Shown here: positions 47,076 to 56,205 of the stretch, piece after piece
Layout of the letters: the number at the start of each line of letters is the position of its first letter
Position numbering within the stretch: the stretch's first letter is position 1
NCBI GenBank assembly: GCA_031414535.1
Contig: JANNVQ010000030.1
Coordinates: 144,936 to 208,935, forward strand
DNA from: Gemmatimonas sp.
GTDB taxonomy: Bacteria; Gemmatimonadota; Gemmatimonadetes; Gemmatimonadales; Gemmatimonadaceae
Direction of reading: 5' to 3'
Length of the DNA stretch: 64,000 bases
Notes under the pieces: generated by a model
Seen by the model: only the letters and a program-made list of their open reading frames with translations
Databases searched by the model: none
What the model was told of the DNA's origin: nothing
Program-made: the position numbers and the translations under genes

Positions 47076-47888
47076 TCAACGCGAACCGCGACGATCCTCC
47101 ACCACCGGCATATCGCCCGATGGCGTCATCGTCGCCATCCACCTGTTCGTCGCATCCAATACGGCCAGCACCGCCGCCGTCTCCGCACTATCGCGAATCT
47201 CGGCGCTCCCGGTGAGCATCACCTGCTCACGACCAGCCCGAGCCATCACCGCCACAAACACAAAGTCGCGCTCAAACGCCGTCATCACCTTGGCGCCCTC
47301 GAGGGAAAAGATTCCCCCGGTCGGCCCAGCAAGACTCAGCGCCATCAAGGCCGCACGCGCGCTCACGTCCACACGACTGCGGTCGCTCTGTACGGTCTCC
47401 TCAGCCTCGCCGGCGTAATGATCTGAACCAACGCGAAGCGTCACCTTGCAGGTCACACCACGCGCACGCGAGCCGCGGACTTCCACGTCCTCGAAGTACA
47501 CAGGGCGGCCTACAGCGGGAGACTTGGCAGATACTGGCTCTGGGATGGCGGCCTGCTCGCCCGTAGTGGGACGGCGCGTGGTGGCAGCCACCGAAATCTT
47601 CCGGTGGTCAACCTTCAAACCGAGCTGCGCCATAAGCGCGCTCTCAATATTTCGTACCACGGCCTTTGCCGGCGTGTCGCCAGTCACCAGGACGTGAATG
47701 GTATCTATAGATCCGTTCTCCGCCGCCGAAATCCGCGCGGACACCACATCCTTCAGCGAGCCAATCAGCTCCTCCGCGCGCTGCAACGGCAGTACGCTTC
47801 CGGCTATCGCCGAGCTGTTCTCGCTCGGATGGGGCAGCTGTGGGGACACGGAGTTCTGGGGCGGGACGGTGGGAGTCAGCCTGAACAA
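47076..47888 (-). CDS. Conserved-looking hypothetical cytoplasmic protein (two domains)
   Basis: Long ORF with normal codon usage; IHVLV...KAVVRNIESALMA..G..VDHRKISVA and AVLAVLDATNR segments; start uncertain. Confidence 0.75.
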   Translation of the reverse strand: MFRLTPTVPPQNSVSPQLPHPSENSSAIAGSVLPLQRAEELIGSLKDVVSARISAAENGSIDTIHVLVTGDTPAKAVVRNIESALMAQLGLKVDHRKISVAATTRRPTTGEQAAIPEPVSAKSPAVGRPVYFEDVEVRGSRARGVTCKVTLRVGSDHYAGEAEETVQSDRSRVDVSARAALMALSLAGPTGGIFSLEGAKVMTAFERDFVFVAVMARAGREQVMLTGSAEIRDSAETAAVLAVLDATNRWMATMTPSGDMPVVEDRRGSR

Positions 47889-47972
47889 TGCGACCTAGGT
47901 CACCGGCCGCAATGCCATTAGTCTGTCGAATATCTAAGCAGTTCGGTAGGGGGACCGTCAAAAACTCCCGGT

Positions 47973-49568
47973 TTATCCGTCAAACTGTTCAGGAACTTGA
48001 TACTCCTTGAGCTTTCGGTAGAGCGTTCGCTCACCAATATCAAGCACTTCTGCAGCCTTTCGACGATTTCCTCTGCTATCGCGCAACGCGGCGACAATCG
48101 CCGCCCGTTCAATATCGGCCATCGTCATTCCGGACCTGACGTTGAGACTGGAAGCGACCTGAGCGCTGTCGGGAGGCTCGATGCCGGTGCCGAGCGAGCC
48201 GATGGCAAGCGCAGCTGGAACTGGTCCCCCACCAGCCATCACTCCCGCGCTACCGCCAGCAAGCCCGGTGGCCACCGCCGCCCACTGATCGCGCTCCGCG
48301 CGAACCTCGTCCACTCGCCGACGCAACTCTTCGAGCTGCAACTTCACCTCGACCAAGCTTCGGACGATGAACTCCAGTTCCCTGCCCTCCGCACGGCTCT
48401 CCTCACGGAGGATGGCTCCCATGGGCACAGGAAACAGTCGGTCCGAGCCGCCCTGGCGAATCGCGGTTGGGATGTCCTGCACGCCGATTTCCCGGCCCGT
48501 CGCCAAGACCACCATCGATTCAATCAGGTTGCGTAGCTCGCGTACGTTGCCCGGCCAGCCGTAGTTCACCAAGGCGTTCATGGCGTCGGACGAAATACCG
48601 TGGAACTCACGGTTGTGCTCCTCGGCGAATTCCTGCACAAAGCGTCGCACCAGCAAGGGGATGTCCTCGCGACGCTCGCGCAGCGGCGGCAGGTAGATGC
48701 GGAGCACGTTCAGTCGATAGAACAGGTCCGAGCGGAATTCGCCGGCCTGCACCGATTCGCGCAAGGGACGGTTGGTGGCCGCCATTACACGCACATCCAC
48801 GGGCACGGTTTGCGTGCCGCCAACACGGGTGACTTCGCGCTCCTCGAGCACGCGTAGCAGCTTGACCTGCGTGCTCGATGGGATCTCGCCAATCTCGTCG
48901 AGAAAAAGCGTTCCGCCTGAAGCGAGCTCAAAGCGGCCAATGCGACGCTCCGCGGCACCGGTGAAGGAGCCCTTTTCGTGACCAAAGAGTTCGCTCTCCA
49001 GCAGCGTCTCTGGTAGCGCGCCCACATTCACCGCAATAAACGGCTTGCTGCGGCGCGGACTCAACTTGTGGATGGCACGAGCTACCAACTCCTTACCCGT
49101 GCCGCTCTCGCCCTCGATGAGGACGGTGCTGGACACGGGCGCCATCTGGCCTATAGCAACAAGTACTTGGCGCACTGCCTCGCTGTCGCCCCAGAGGCCG
49201 GTCTCGCGCGCAATCCGCGCCCGCTCGATGAGTTCCTCGACGCTCTGCCGCAGGGCCTCGGGATTCACGGGCTTGGAGATCACATCGGAGAAGCCCACGA
49301 GGCGCAGCTTCTGCTCGAGTTGCGGATCGCCCACGTCGGCCAAGCCAATTACCGCAGCGCCACCCCACATCTGGTCACGCGCAATCGCGAGGGTCTGGGG
49401 ATCCAACAGATTGCCCGTGAAGACAATCACCGCTGGCCGCGCTTTCCGCACCTCGCTCGGCAGGTCATCAAGTGGCGAGACCACAGCCGTCTTGATGCCA
49501 TCCGCTTCCAGGAGGGCGTTGAGGCGAACGGCGGGCTCGACATCAGCTAGGGTAATCAGGACGCTCAT
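47973..49568 (-). CDS. Sigma-54-dependent Fis-family enhancer-binding protein with atypical receiver domain
   Basis: [31 protein letters not shown]-terminal HTH. Confidence 0.93.
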   Translation of the reverse strand: MSVLITLADVEPAVRLNALLEADGIKTAVVSPLDDLPSEVRKARPAVIVFTGNLLDPQTLAIARDQMWGGAAVIGLADVGDPQLEQKLRLVGFSDVISKPVNPEALRQSVEELIERARIARETGLWGDSEAVRQVLVAIGQMAPVSSTVLIEGESGTGKELVARAIHKLSPRRSKPFIAVNVGALPETLLESELFGHEKGSFTGAAERRIGRFELASGGTLFLDEIGEIPSSTQVKLLRVLEEREVTRVGGTQTVPVDVRVMAATNRPLRESVQAGEFRSDLFYRLNVLRIYLPPLRERREDIPLLVRRFVQEFAEEHNREFHGISSDAMNALVNYGWPGNVRELRNLIESMVVLATGREIGVQDIPTAIRQGGSDRLFPVPMGAILREESRAEGRELEFIVRSLVEVKLQLEELRRRVDEVRAERDQWAAVATGLAGGSAGVMAGGGPVPAALAIGSLGTGIEPPDSAQVASSLNVRSGMTMADIERAAIVAALRDSRGNRRKAAEVLDIGERTLYRKLKEYQVPEQFDG

Positions 49569-49584
49569 AGGAGACTCTGAAAAT

Positions 49585-49637
49585 GGACGGATGACGGATG
49601 ACGGATGCCGTCAGCTTCCGTCATCCGTCATCCGTCC
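49585..49637. repeat. Heptamer palindromic repeat with perfect 21-bp arms
   Basis: GGACGGATGACGGATGACGGA ... TCCGTCATCCGTCATCCGTCC. Confidence 0.85.
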
Positions 49638-49641
49638 GGCT

Positions 49642-50748
49642 CTATCGCTTTACCGTTCCCTGCTTCCAAAACGGAAACGGCACGATCGTTCCTGTAACTC
49701 GCTTCCCGCGAATTTCCACCTCAATCGTGTTGCCTTCCTTGGCGTGCGCCGTGGGCACATACGCGGTACCGAGTCCGCAGCCGACGCTGGGGCTCATGAT
49801 GCCGCTCATCACCAAGCCACTCGGCGCGCCGTTCACAAACACTGGATATCCGTGACGTGGAATGGCCTTCTCTTCGAACGTGAAGCCCACGAGCTTGCGC
49901 GTGATGCCGGCGGCCTTCTGCGCTTCGAGTGCGGCGCGGCCCACGAAGTCGCCCTTCTTCATCTTCACGAGCCAGCCGAGTCCGGCTTCGAGCGGCGTGT
50001 ACGTGTCGTCAATGTCGTTGCCGTAGAGCGCCATGCCCATCTCGAGGCGCAGGGAGTCGCGGCAGCCGAGTCCGGTTGGCGTGATGCGGCCGGTGGCCAT
50101 TAAGGCGGCCCAGAGCTTTTCGGAATCCTTGGCGCTGTGGTAAAGCTCGAAGCCGTCTTCGCCGGTGTAGCCCGTGCGCGAGAGCGTCATGGGGATGCCG
50201 GCCACGCTGGTCTCGGTGAACCAGTAGTACTTGATGGCATCGAGGTCAGCAGGCGTGAGCGCCTTGAGGATCTCCTGCGCCGCGGGACCCTGCACGGCGA
50301 GCAGGCCGATGTCATCGCTGATGTCGGTGAGCGTGCAATCAAAGCGACCCAAATATTGCGAGATGTGCGCGAAGTCTTTGTCCTTGTTCGAGCCGTTCAC
50401 CACCATCATGAGATGGTCGGCGTAGCGGTACACCAGGCAGTCGTCCACAAACGTGCCCTGCGGCGTGAGGATGCCCGAGTAATGCACCTGGCCCACGCTG
50501 AGGGCAGCCACGTCGTTGCTGGTCACGTAGGAGACGAAGTCGATGGCCTGGGGGCCGCGCACGATGAACTCGCCCATGTGCGACACATCAAACACGCCGC
50601 AGCTCTTGCGCACCGCATTGTGCTCGGCGGTAATCCCCTGGGGATACTGGATGGGCATCTCGAATCCGGCGAAGGGCACCATCTTGGCGCCGGCGGCGAG
50701 GTGCAGGGCGTGAAACGGGGTGCGCTTGAGTGCTGAGCTATCGGTCAT
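49642..50748 (-). CDS. gcvT: Glycine cleavage system aminomethyltransferase T
   Basis: [31 protein letters not shown]. Confidence 0.96.
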   Translation of the reverse strand: MTDSSALKRTPFHALHLAAGAKMVPFAGFEMPIQYPQGITAEHNAVRKSCGVFDVSHMGEFIVRGPQAIDFVSYVTSNDVAALSVGQVHYSGILTPQGTFVDDCLVYRYADHLMMVVNGSNKDKDFAHISQYLGRFDCTLTDISDDIGLLAVQGPAAQEILKALTPADLDAIKYYWFTETSVAGIPMTLSRTGYTGEDGFELYHSAKDSEKLWAALMATGRITPTGLGCRDSLRLEMGMALYGNDIDDTYTPLEAGLGWLVKMKKGDFVGRAALEAQKAAGITRKLVGFTFEEKAIPRHGYPVFVNGAPSGLVMSGIMSPSVGCGLGTAYVPTAHAKEGNTIEVEIRGKRVTGTIVPFPFWKQGTVKR

Positions 50749-51023
50749 CTTCAGATCTAGAGAACTAGGGGGCTGGAGCGTGAGTGAGAACCTTCAATAT
50801 GCCGGAAAGGCAGAGTCTCTTCCACTGTTGCAGGAAGATCGTTTGTCAGACGAGTTCCGAGGAACCTCCACTATATAGATGTGCAATTTTGATGCGGTGA
50901 TGAGAAACTGGCACAGATGGCGTCTTGAAACGTGACGCCCGCTACTGCGTCTATGAGAGGAATGACCTAGGCTTCTAGTGTGCTTTATTCGGGACCAACT
51001 CCCACCCGGTCGACTTCAAGTAC

Positions 51024-52883
51024 ATGCTGGTTCTCGCACTATCACTCGCGCTCGCCATGGCCATCGGCTGGAGCGCACTGCTGTATCGTCGCCTACGCGC
51101 AACAGCGGCTGAGGCGGCAGCGGCGGTTCGTGCGGCCGCCATCGCTTCGGATGATGGTGCCGCACTCAGGGTGCACAGGTCCAGCGCCGAGTGGCTTTTG
51201 TTGCCGGCCCGTGGCGCACAGGAAGCGCTCTGGGATTGGGATGTGGTTGAAGAGCGCATTCGCTTTTCGCCGCGCTGGCGCGAGATGCTTGGACGCGCCG
51301 CCGAAGAAGTGATTGCGTCCACGGAAGAGTGGTTGAGCCGGGTGCACCCAGCGGACCGCGCCCAGGTGCAGGTAGATGTAGCCGCGCAAACCGCTGGCTC
51401 GGGCGTGCGCTTTGCGAGTGAGCACCGCGTGCGTCACGAGAGCGGACAGTGGCTCACGGTGCAGTGGGCCGGCGTCATTGTGCGCGACGCGCAGGGACGG
51501 GCGCTGCGCGTGGCGGGTTCGGTGCGCGACACCACCGTACAACGGCACGTTGAAGAGCAGGCACGACGCGAAGCCTTTTACGATGCGCTGACGGGCATTC
51601 CCAACCGTGCGCTCGCGCTGGACCTCCTGCGCCGCGCCATCGCCCGCACCCGCCGCCACGGCGAGCGCCGCTTTGCCGCCCTCGTGGTGGACGTGGATCG
51701 CTACCGGGCACAGAACGACGCGCTCGGTCACGGCGCCGGCGATGAGTTGCTGCGCGCGTTCGCGCGCCGTTTAGGCACGGCCGTGCGCCCGGGCGACGTC
51801 GTGGCCCGACTCGGAGGCGATGTCTTTCTGCTCATCCTCGACGCGGTGCACGAGCCTGAGGAAGCGGAGCGCGTGGCTGACCGAGTGCATCTTCTGCTCA
51901 AGGAACCACTGCGCGTACTCACGCACGATGTGGTGGTCACGGCTAGCGTCGGCATTGCCCTTCACGATCCGTCCATTGAGACAGCGGTGGACTACGTGCG
52001 CAACGCCGAACTCGCCATGCAGGAAGCCAAGACACTCGGCGGCGCGCGTCACATCATCTACCGCCCGGAGATGCGCGAAGGCGTACTACACCGCGCGTCG
52101 ATGGAGCACGACCTGCGCACGGCCATCGCGCGAGGCGAGATGATGGTGTGGTATCAGCCCATCTTCTCCACCCGCGAAGGCGGCCCCAATCAAGTCGCCG
52201 GATTTGAAGCCTTGCTACGCTGGGCGCACCCCACGCGTGGGCTACTCGGCCCCGGCGAGTTCATTCCACTCGCCGAAGAAACCGGGATGATTGTCCCGCT
52301 GGGGACTTGGGCGCTCGGCGAAGCCTGTCGGCATATGATGGAGCTCGCACCGAACAGTCCGAGCGCGCCGTGGGTGAGCGTCAACCTCGCCGCCAAGCAA
52401 TTGATGGATAGTACGCTGGTAGAAATTGTGGATCGCGCGCTGGAGCAACACGGGCTTGAGGCGCGACGCCTACGACTCGAAGTGACGGAAAACGTCATTC
52501 TCTCGGACGAGGACAAGGCGCGCACCACGCTACAGACCCTGCGCGCGCGCGGCATCGGCATTCTGATGGATGACTTTGGGACGGGCCACGCATCCCTGAG
52601 CTACCTGCATCGCCTCCCAATTGGCAGCATCAAGATTGACCGCTACTTCGTGGGCCGGATGGACGTGAGCACGGAGTGCTTAGAGATTGTGCGCTCGGTG
52701 GTCACGCTGGCCAAGAGTCTTTCGATGGACGTGGTGGCGGAGGGCGTGGAGCAGGAGGCGCAGTTGGCACAGCTACGCGCGATGGGTTGCGCGCATGTGC
52801 AGGGCTTCTTGCTGTCGCATCCCCTGCGTCCCGAGGAGACGCTGCCCTTCTTCCCACCCGCCCTGCGCGCCGCCGCGAGCTAA
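51024..52883 (+). CDS. PAS-GGDEF-EAL protein (degenerate GGDVF, intact EAL)
   Basis: N-terminal TM, PAS (WLSRVHPADR), GGDVF, EALLRW, DDFGTG, KIDR, EGVE. Confidence 0.92.
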   Translation: MLVLALSLALAMAIGWSALLYRRLRATAAEAAAAVRAAAIASDDGAALRVHRSSAEWLLLPARGAQEALWDWDVVEERIRFSPRWREMLGRAAEEVIASTEEWLSRVHPADRAQVQVDVAAQTAGSGVRFASEHRVRHESGQWLTVQWAGVIVRDAQGRALRVAGSVRDTTVQRHVEEQARREAFYDALTGIPNRALALDLLRRAIARTRRHGERRFAALVVDVDRYRAQNDALGHGAGDELLRAFARRLGTAVRPGDVVARLGGDVFLLILDAVHEPEEAERVADRVHLLLKEPLRVLTHDVVVTASVGIALHDPSIETAVDYVRNAELAMQEAKTLGGARHIIYRPEMREGVLHRASMEHDLRTAIARGEMMVWYQPIFSTREGGPNQVAGFEALLRWAHPTRGLLGPGEFIPLAEETGMIVPLGTWALGEACRHMMELAPNSPSAPWVSVNLAAKQLMDSTLVEIVDRALEQHGLEARRLRLEVTENVILSDEDKARTTLQTLRARGIGILMDDFGTGHASLSYLHRLPIGSIKIDRYFVGRMDVSTECLEIVRSVVTLAKSLSMDVVAEGVEQEAQLAQLRAMGCAHVQGFLLSHPLRPEETLPFFPPALRAAAS

Positions 52884-52901
52884 AGGCGGCTCAGGAGCGC
52901 A

Positions 52902-53792
52902 CTACCAGCGTGGGCCCAAAGCATCGCGGAAGCCGGCCGCGTTGGGAAAGCGATCGTCGGGCTCCTTGGCCATTCCCTTCTCCAGCACGCGTGCGAGCTG
53001 TTCCGGAATCTCTGGCCGGACCTCGTGCGCCGGCGGTGGCATCTCGGTGAAGTGTGCGACCATCATCCGCGCGCCCTTGTACTCAGCGAAGGGCGCTTTG
53101 CCCGTGAGAATCTCGTAGCCGAGCATTGAGAGCGCGTACACGTCAGCTCGGGCGTCAGCTGGTTCGTCTCCGTGGAACTGCTCGGGAGCCATGTAGCCCG
53201 GCGTGCCGACGGCGAAGCCTTTGTCCGTGAGGCGGTTTCCACTCACGGCAAGGCTCTTCCGTGCCTCGCTCAGCGACACCCCGTTGGACTGTCGCATGGA
53301 CTCGAGACGCGCGTGAGCCACTCCGAAATCCGCGAGCACGGCGTGTCCGCTCTGAAAGAGCACGTTGGCCGGCTTCAGGTCGCGATGCACAACGCCAATC
53401 TCGTGCGCGTGTGCGAGCGCGTCGGACACTTCGTGCAGCACGCGCAACCCACCGCTGAGCGAGAGCGCACCGGAGCGGAGACGGAACTCCAGCGAGTCAC
53501 CATTGATGAACGGCATCGCGTACCAAATGATGTGCTCGTTGGCGCCCATGCCGAGGATCGGGACGATGTACGGATGCTGCAGTTGCACCGTCACGGCGAT
53601 TTCGCGTTTGAAGCGCTTGAGTGCGACCTCGCCAGCGAGCTCTGGTGGCAGGAGCTTGATGACGACTTTGCGCGGCAACTGGGCGTCGCTGGCGAGAAAG
53701 AGTCGGCTCTGCCCACCGGCGGTCAACTCGCGCTCGAGGACGTAGTCGTCACCGAGCGCATGCTGAAGCTTATCGAGGAAGCCGTCCGCCAT
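52902..53792 (-). CDS. Stand-alone Ser/Thr protein kinase
   Basis: VVIK, HRDLKPAN, DFG, GTPGYMAPE; start moved to MADGF. Confidence 0.9.
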   Translation of the reverse strand: MADGFLDKLQHALGDDYVLERELTAGGQSRLFLASDAQLPRKVVIKLLPPELAGEVALKRFKREIAVTVQLQHPYIVPILGMGANEHIIWYAMPFINGDSLEFRLRSGALSLSGGLRVLHEVSDALAHAHEIGVVHRDLKPANVLFQSGHAVLADFGVAHARLESMRQSNGVSLSEARKSLAVSGNRLTDKGFAVGTPGYMAPEQFHGDEPADARADVYALSMLGYEILTGKAPFAEYKGARMMVAHFTEMPPPAHEVRPEIPEQLARVLEKGMAKEPDDRFPNAAGFRDALGPRW

Positions 53793-53808
53793 AGACTCCA
53801 ACGTACTC

Positions 53809-54318
53809 CTATTTCTTCTTTGCCGCTCGGGGGGCCCTAGGCGCCGGCTTGCCCTGTGCCGGCAAGGCGACGCCGCGCAGGACGGCTGATACTTCGGCGG
53901 CGTGACCAGCGTGCGCGACGTTCTCCCAGAGATGCTCCACGCGCCCGTCCTCGCCAATGACGTAGGTCGTGCGCATCACGCCGAAGTACTTCTTGCCATA
54001 GAGCATTTTCTCGCGCCAGACTCCGTACGCCTGCGCCACGGAGGTCTCTTCATCGGCGAGGAGGTTGTACGGCAACTGCTTGGCAGCCTTGAACTTGGCC
54101 TTTGACTTCACGCTGCCGGGTGCGACGCCCAGCACCACCGCCTTGGCCCGCTTCAGACGCGGCAACTCCTCGCCAAACTCGCAGGCCTCAACCGTGCACC
54201 CGGGAGTGGAGTCCTTGGGATAGAAAAACAACACCACACGCGTGCCGCGCATCGACGAAAGCGTGAACGGCTTGCCTTCATCTGTGGGCAATGTGAAGTC
54301 CGGAGCCAGCTGGCCCAC
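53809..54318 (-). CDS. bcp: Peroxiredoxin, BCP/PrxQ family
   Basis: APDFTL, FYPKDSTPGCTVEAC; start uncertain. Confidence 0.9.
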   Translation of the reverse strand: MGQLAPDFTLPTDEGKPFTLSSMRGTRVVLFFYPKDSTPGCTVEACEFGEELPRLKRAKAVVLGVAPGSVKSKAKFKAAKQLPYNLLADEETSVAQAYGVWREKMLYGKKYFGVMRTTYVIGEDGRVEHLWENVAHAGHAAEVSAVLRGVALPAQGKPAPRAPRAAKKK

Positions 54319-54364
54319 TTGGACTAGGGAGTACAGGGAAGTCAAAGCGCTCTCTCCCAGGGGA

Positions 54365-55297
54365 TCAGCGTCGCCCTTGGGCCTCTGCAAAAATGGTGAA
54401 CGCCTCGGCCGAACTCTTGCTCGGCACGAAGCCGAACTCTTCCTTGAGGCGACGGTTGTCGAGCACTGGGCGAAAGCGCAGGAAGTCCATCTGCTCCGGC
54501 CCGTAGCGCGTGAGATGGAAAAACTGGCCAATCTCGAGCGCCTGTCGCAGAACGAACGCGGGAAGTGCCATCACTGGTTTCCCAAGCCGCTCCGCAATCT
54601 CGTAGATCGTCAGCGCGCCATCGCCAGCGACGTTGTAGATGCCCACGCGATCGCCGGCGATACCGTGCGCAATGGCCGCCGCCACATCTTCGTCCCACAC
54701 AAACACAAAGCGAGAATCGGAGCCGCGCACCGCGAGGATGCGCTGCCGCTTGAAGAGCGCCGTGATCTGGTTGTTGGTGGTAGCTCCCAGTACGGTACCA
54801 ATGCGCAGCACGAGTTGGCCGAGCTGTGGATGCGAGTGGCGATACCGTACGAGCAACTCCTCAATCACTCGCTTGTGATGCGCGTACGCAAAGGCGTACG
54901 ACGCTCGGAGGGGATGCGTCTCGTTGAGCCACTCGGGATTGTCCGCGAAGTAGCCATACGCCGCACCCGAACTCGCGATGGTGATGTGCCGAACCCCCGC
55001 CTTGATGCAACTCTCCACCACATTGTTGGTGCCGCGCACATCAATGTCGTAGTCGCGCTCGCGGTCCTTGCCTCCCTCGAGCACTGCGGCGAGATGCACG
55101 ACGTGCGTGATGCGACGCTCGCGCAGAAGACGATGCAGGGTGGTATCGCGGATATCGAGTGGGAGCACTTCGAATCCGAGATCGGTGCGCGGCCGCAGGT
55201 CGGTGCCCAACACGTCGTAGGCGTCAGCGAGCCGCTGACCCAAGTGCGAGCCCACGTAGCCAGCCGCTCCGGTGATGAGGATGCGCTTGGTGTTCAC
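54365..55297 (-). CDS. NAD-dependent epimerase/dehydratase (extended SDR)
   Basis: ITGAAGYVG, HLAA, SSGAAYG, YAHHK. Confidence 0.88.
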   Translation of the reverse strand: MNTKRILITGAAGYVGSHLGQRLADAYDVLGTDLRPRTDLGFEVLPLDIRDTTLHRLLRERRITHVVHLAAVLEGGKDRERDYDIDVRGTNNVVESCIKAGVRHITIASSGAAYGYFADNPEWLNETHPLRASYAFAYAHHKRVIEELLVRYRHSHPQLGQLVLRIGTVLGATTNNQITALFKRQRILAVRGSDSRFVFVWDEDVAAAIAHGIAGDRVGIYNVAGDGALTIYEIAERLGKPVMALPAFVLRQALEIGQFFHLTRYGPEQMDFLRFRPVLDNRRLKEEFGFVPSKSSAEAFTIFAEAQGRR

Positions 55298-56196
55298 GCG
55301 GCCGCCACGGGAGGACGCCGCGCCCACCATCCCGAGAGCAGCAAGCCACTCACGAGGTGCCACACGCCCCAGAATGCCGTAATCAGCATCATGGAGCCCG
55401 CCGCAGGAAAGAACGTGAAGAGAATGGCGAGGCCGAGCCCGGAGTTGTGAATGCCAACTTCAATGGTCACGGCGCGGCGATCGGCGTCACCAAGCTTCGC
55501 AAGCCGCGCCACCCACAGGCCGATACCAAGCGCCAGCGCGTTCTGCAGAACTACGAGCCAGAAGAAGTCGCCAAAGCGCGAGATGAAGAGCGTGCGATTC
55601 TCCCAGAACGCCCCGGCGATGAACGCAATGAGGATGACGAAGGACAACTGGCGCAGCGGCTTCTCGGCGCGTTTGGCAAGCGCCGGTGCCTGTTGTCCCA
55701 ACAACATTCCAAGCAACACCGGTAGCGCGACCACCAGCGCCACCTGCGCCAAGATTCCCCCGACCGGCAGGTCCACCTCGCGCAGCAACTCCCTGGTGCG
55801 CGGGTTGAGCCAGCCGTAAAAGGCAAAGTTGAACGGCGTGAGCAGCGTTGCCGCCAGACTGGACACCGTGGTGAGTGCTACGGAGAGCGCCACATTGCCG
55901 CGCGAGCGCCAGGTCAGCACGTTGGACAGCGCGCCGCTTGGGCACGCGGCCACGAGCATCATCCCAAGCGAGAGTGCAGGATCTACGCGAAACACCCAGG
56001 TGAGCAGACAGGTGAGCGCCGGCGTTAGCAATGCCTGCGCGGACAGACCCGCAATGATTCCCGCCGGCCGCTGCACCACGCGCCGCAAATCTTCCAGCCG
56101 AAGGTCCAGCGAGGCACCAAACACCATCAGCGCGACAATCGCGTTGAGGACGACGAGACCCGAGGGATCGAACTTGAGTGGGAGCGCGTCGTTCAC
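55294..56196 (-). CDS. Bile acid:sodium symporter (BASS) family transporter
   Basis: ACPSGALSN, GNVALSV, IEVGIHNSGL. Confidence 0.9.
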   Translation of the reverse strand: MNDALPLKFDPSGLVVLNAIVALMVFGASLDLRLEDLRRVVQRPAGIIAGLSAQALLTPALTCLLTWVFRVDPALSLGMMLVAACPSGALSNVLTWRSRGNVALSVALTTVSSLAATLLTPFNFAFYGWLNPRTRELLREVDLPVGGILAQVALVVALPVLLGMLLGQQAPALAKRAEKPLRQLSFVILIAFIAGAFWENRTLFISRFGDFFWLVVLQNALALGIGLWVARLAKLGDADRRAVTIEVGIHNSGLGLAILFTFFPAAGSMMLITAFWGVWHLVSGLLLSGWWARRPPVAAA

Positions 56197-56205
56197 CGTG
56201 ATCGC

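Noticed and set aside
47900..47925. Sigma-54 promoter upstream of the 47076-47888 gene (also TGGCAC near 42238 and 50910)
   Set aside because: TGGCA is present, but the -12 GC is not at the required spacing in any of the three cases
50749..50870. Glycine riboswitch upstream of gcvT
   Set aside because: A GGAAGAGA segment is present, but I could not find the CCGAAG and CUCUCAGG core elements
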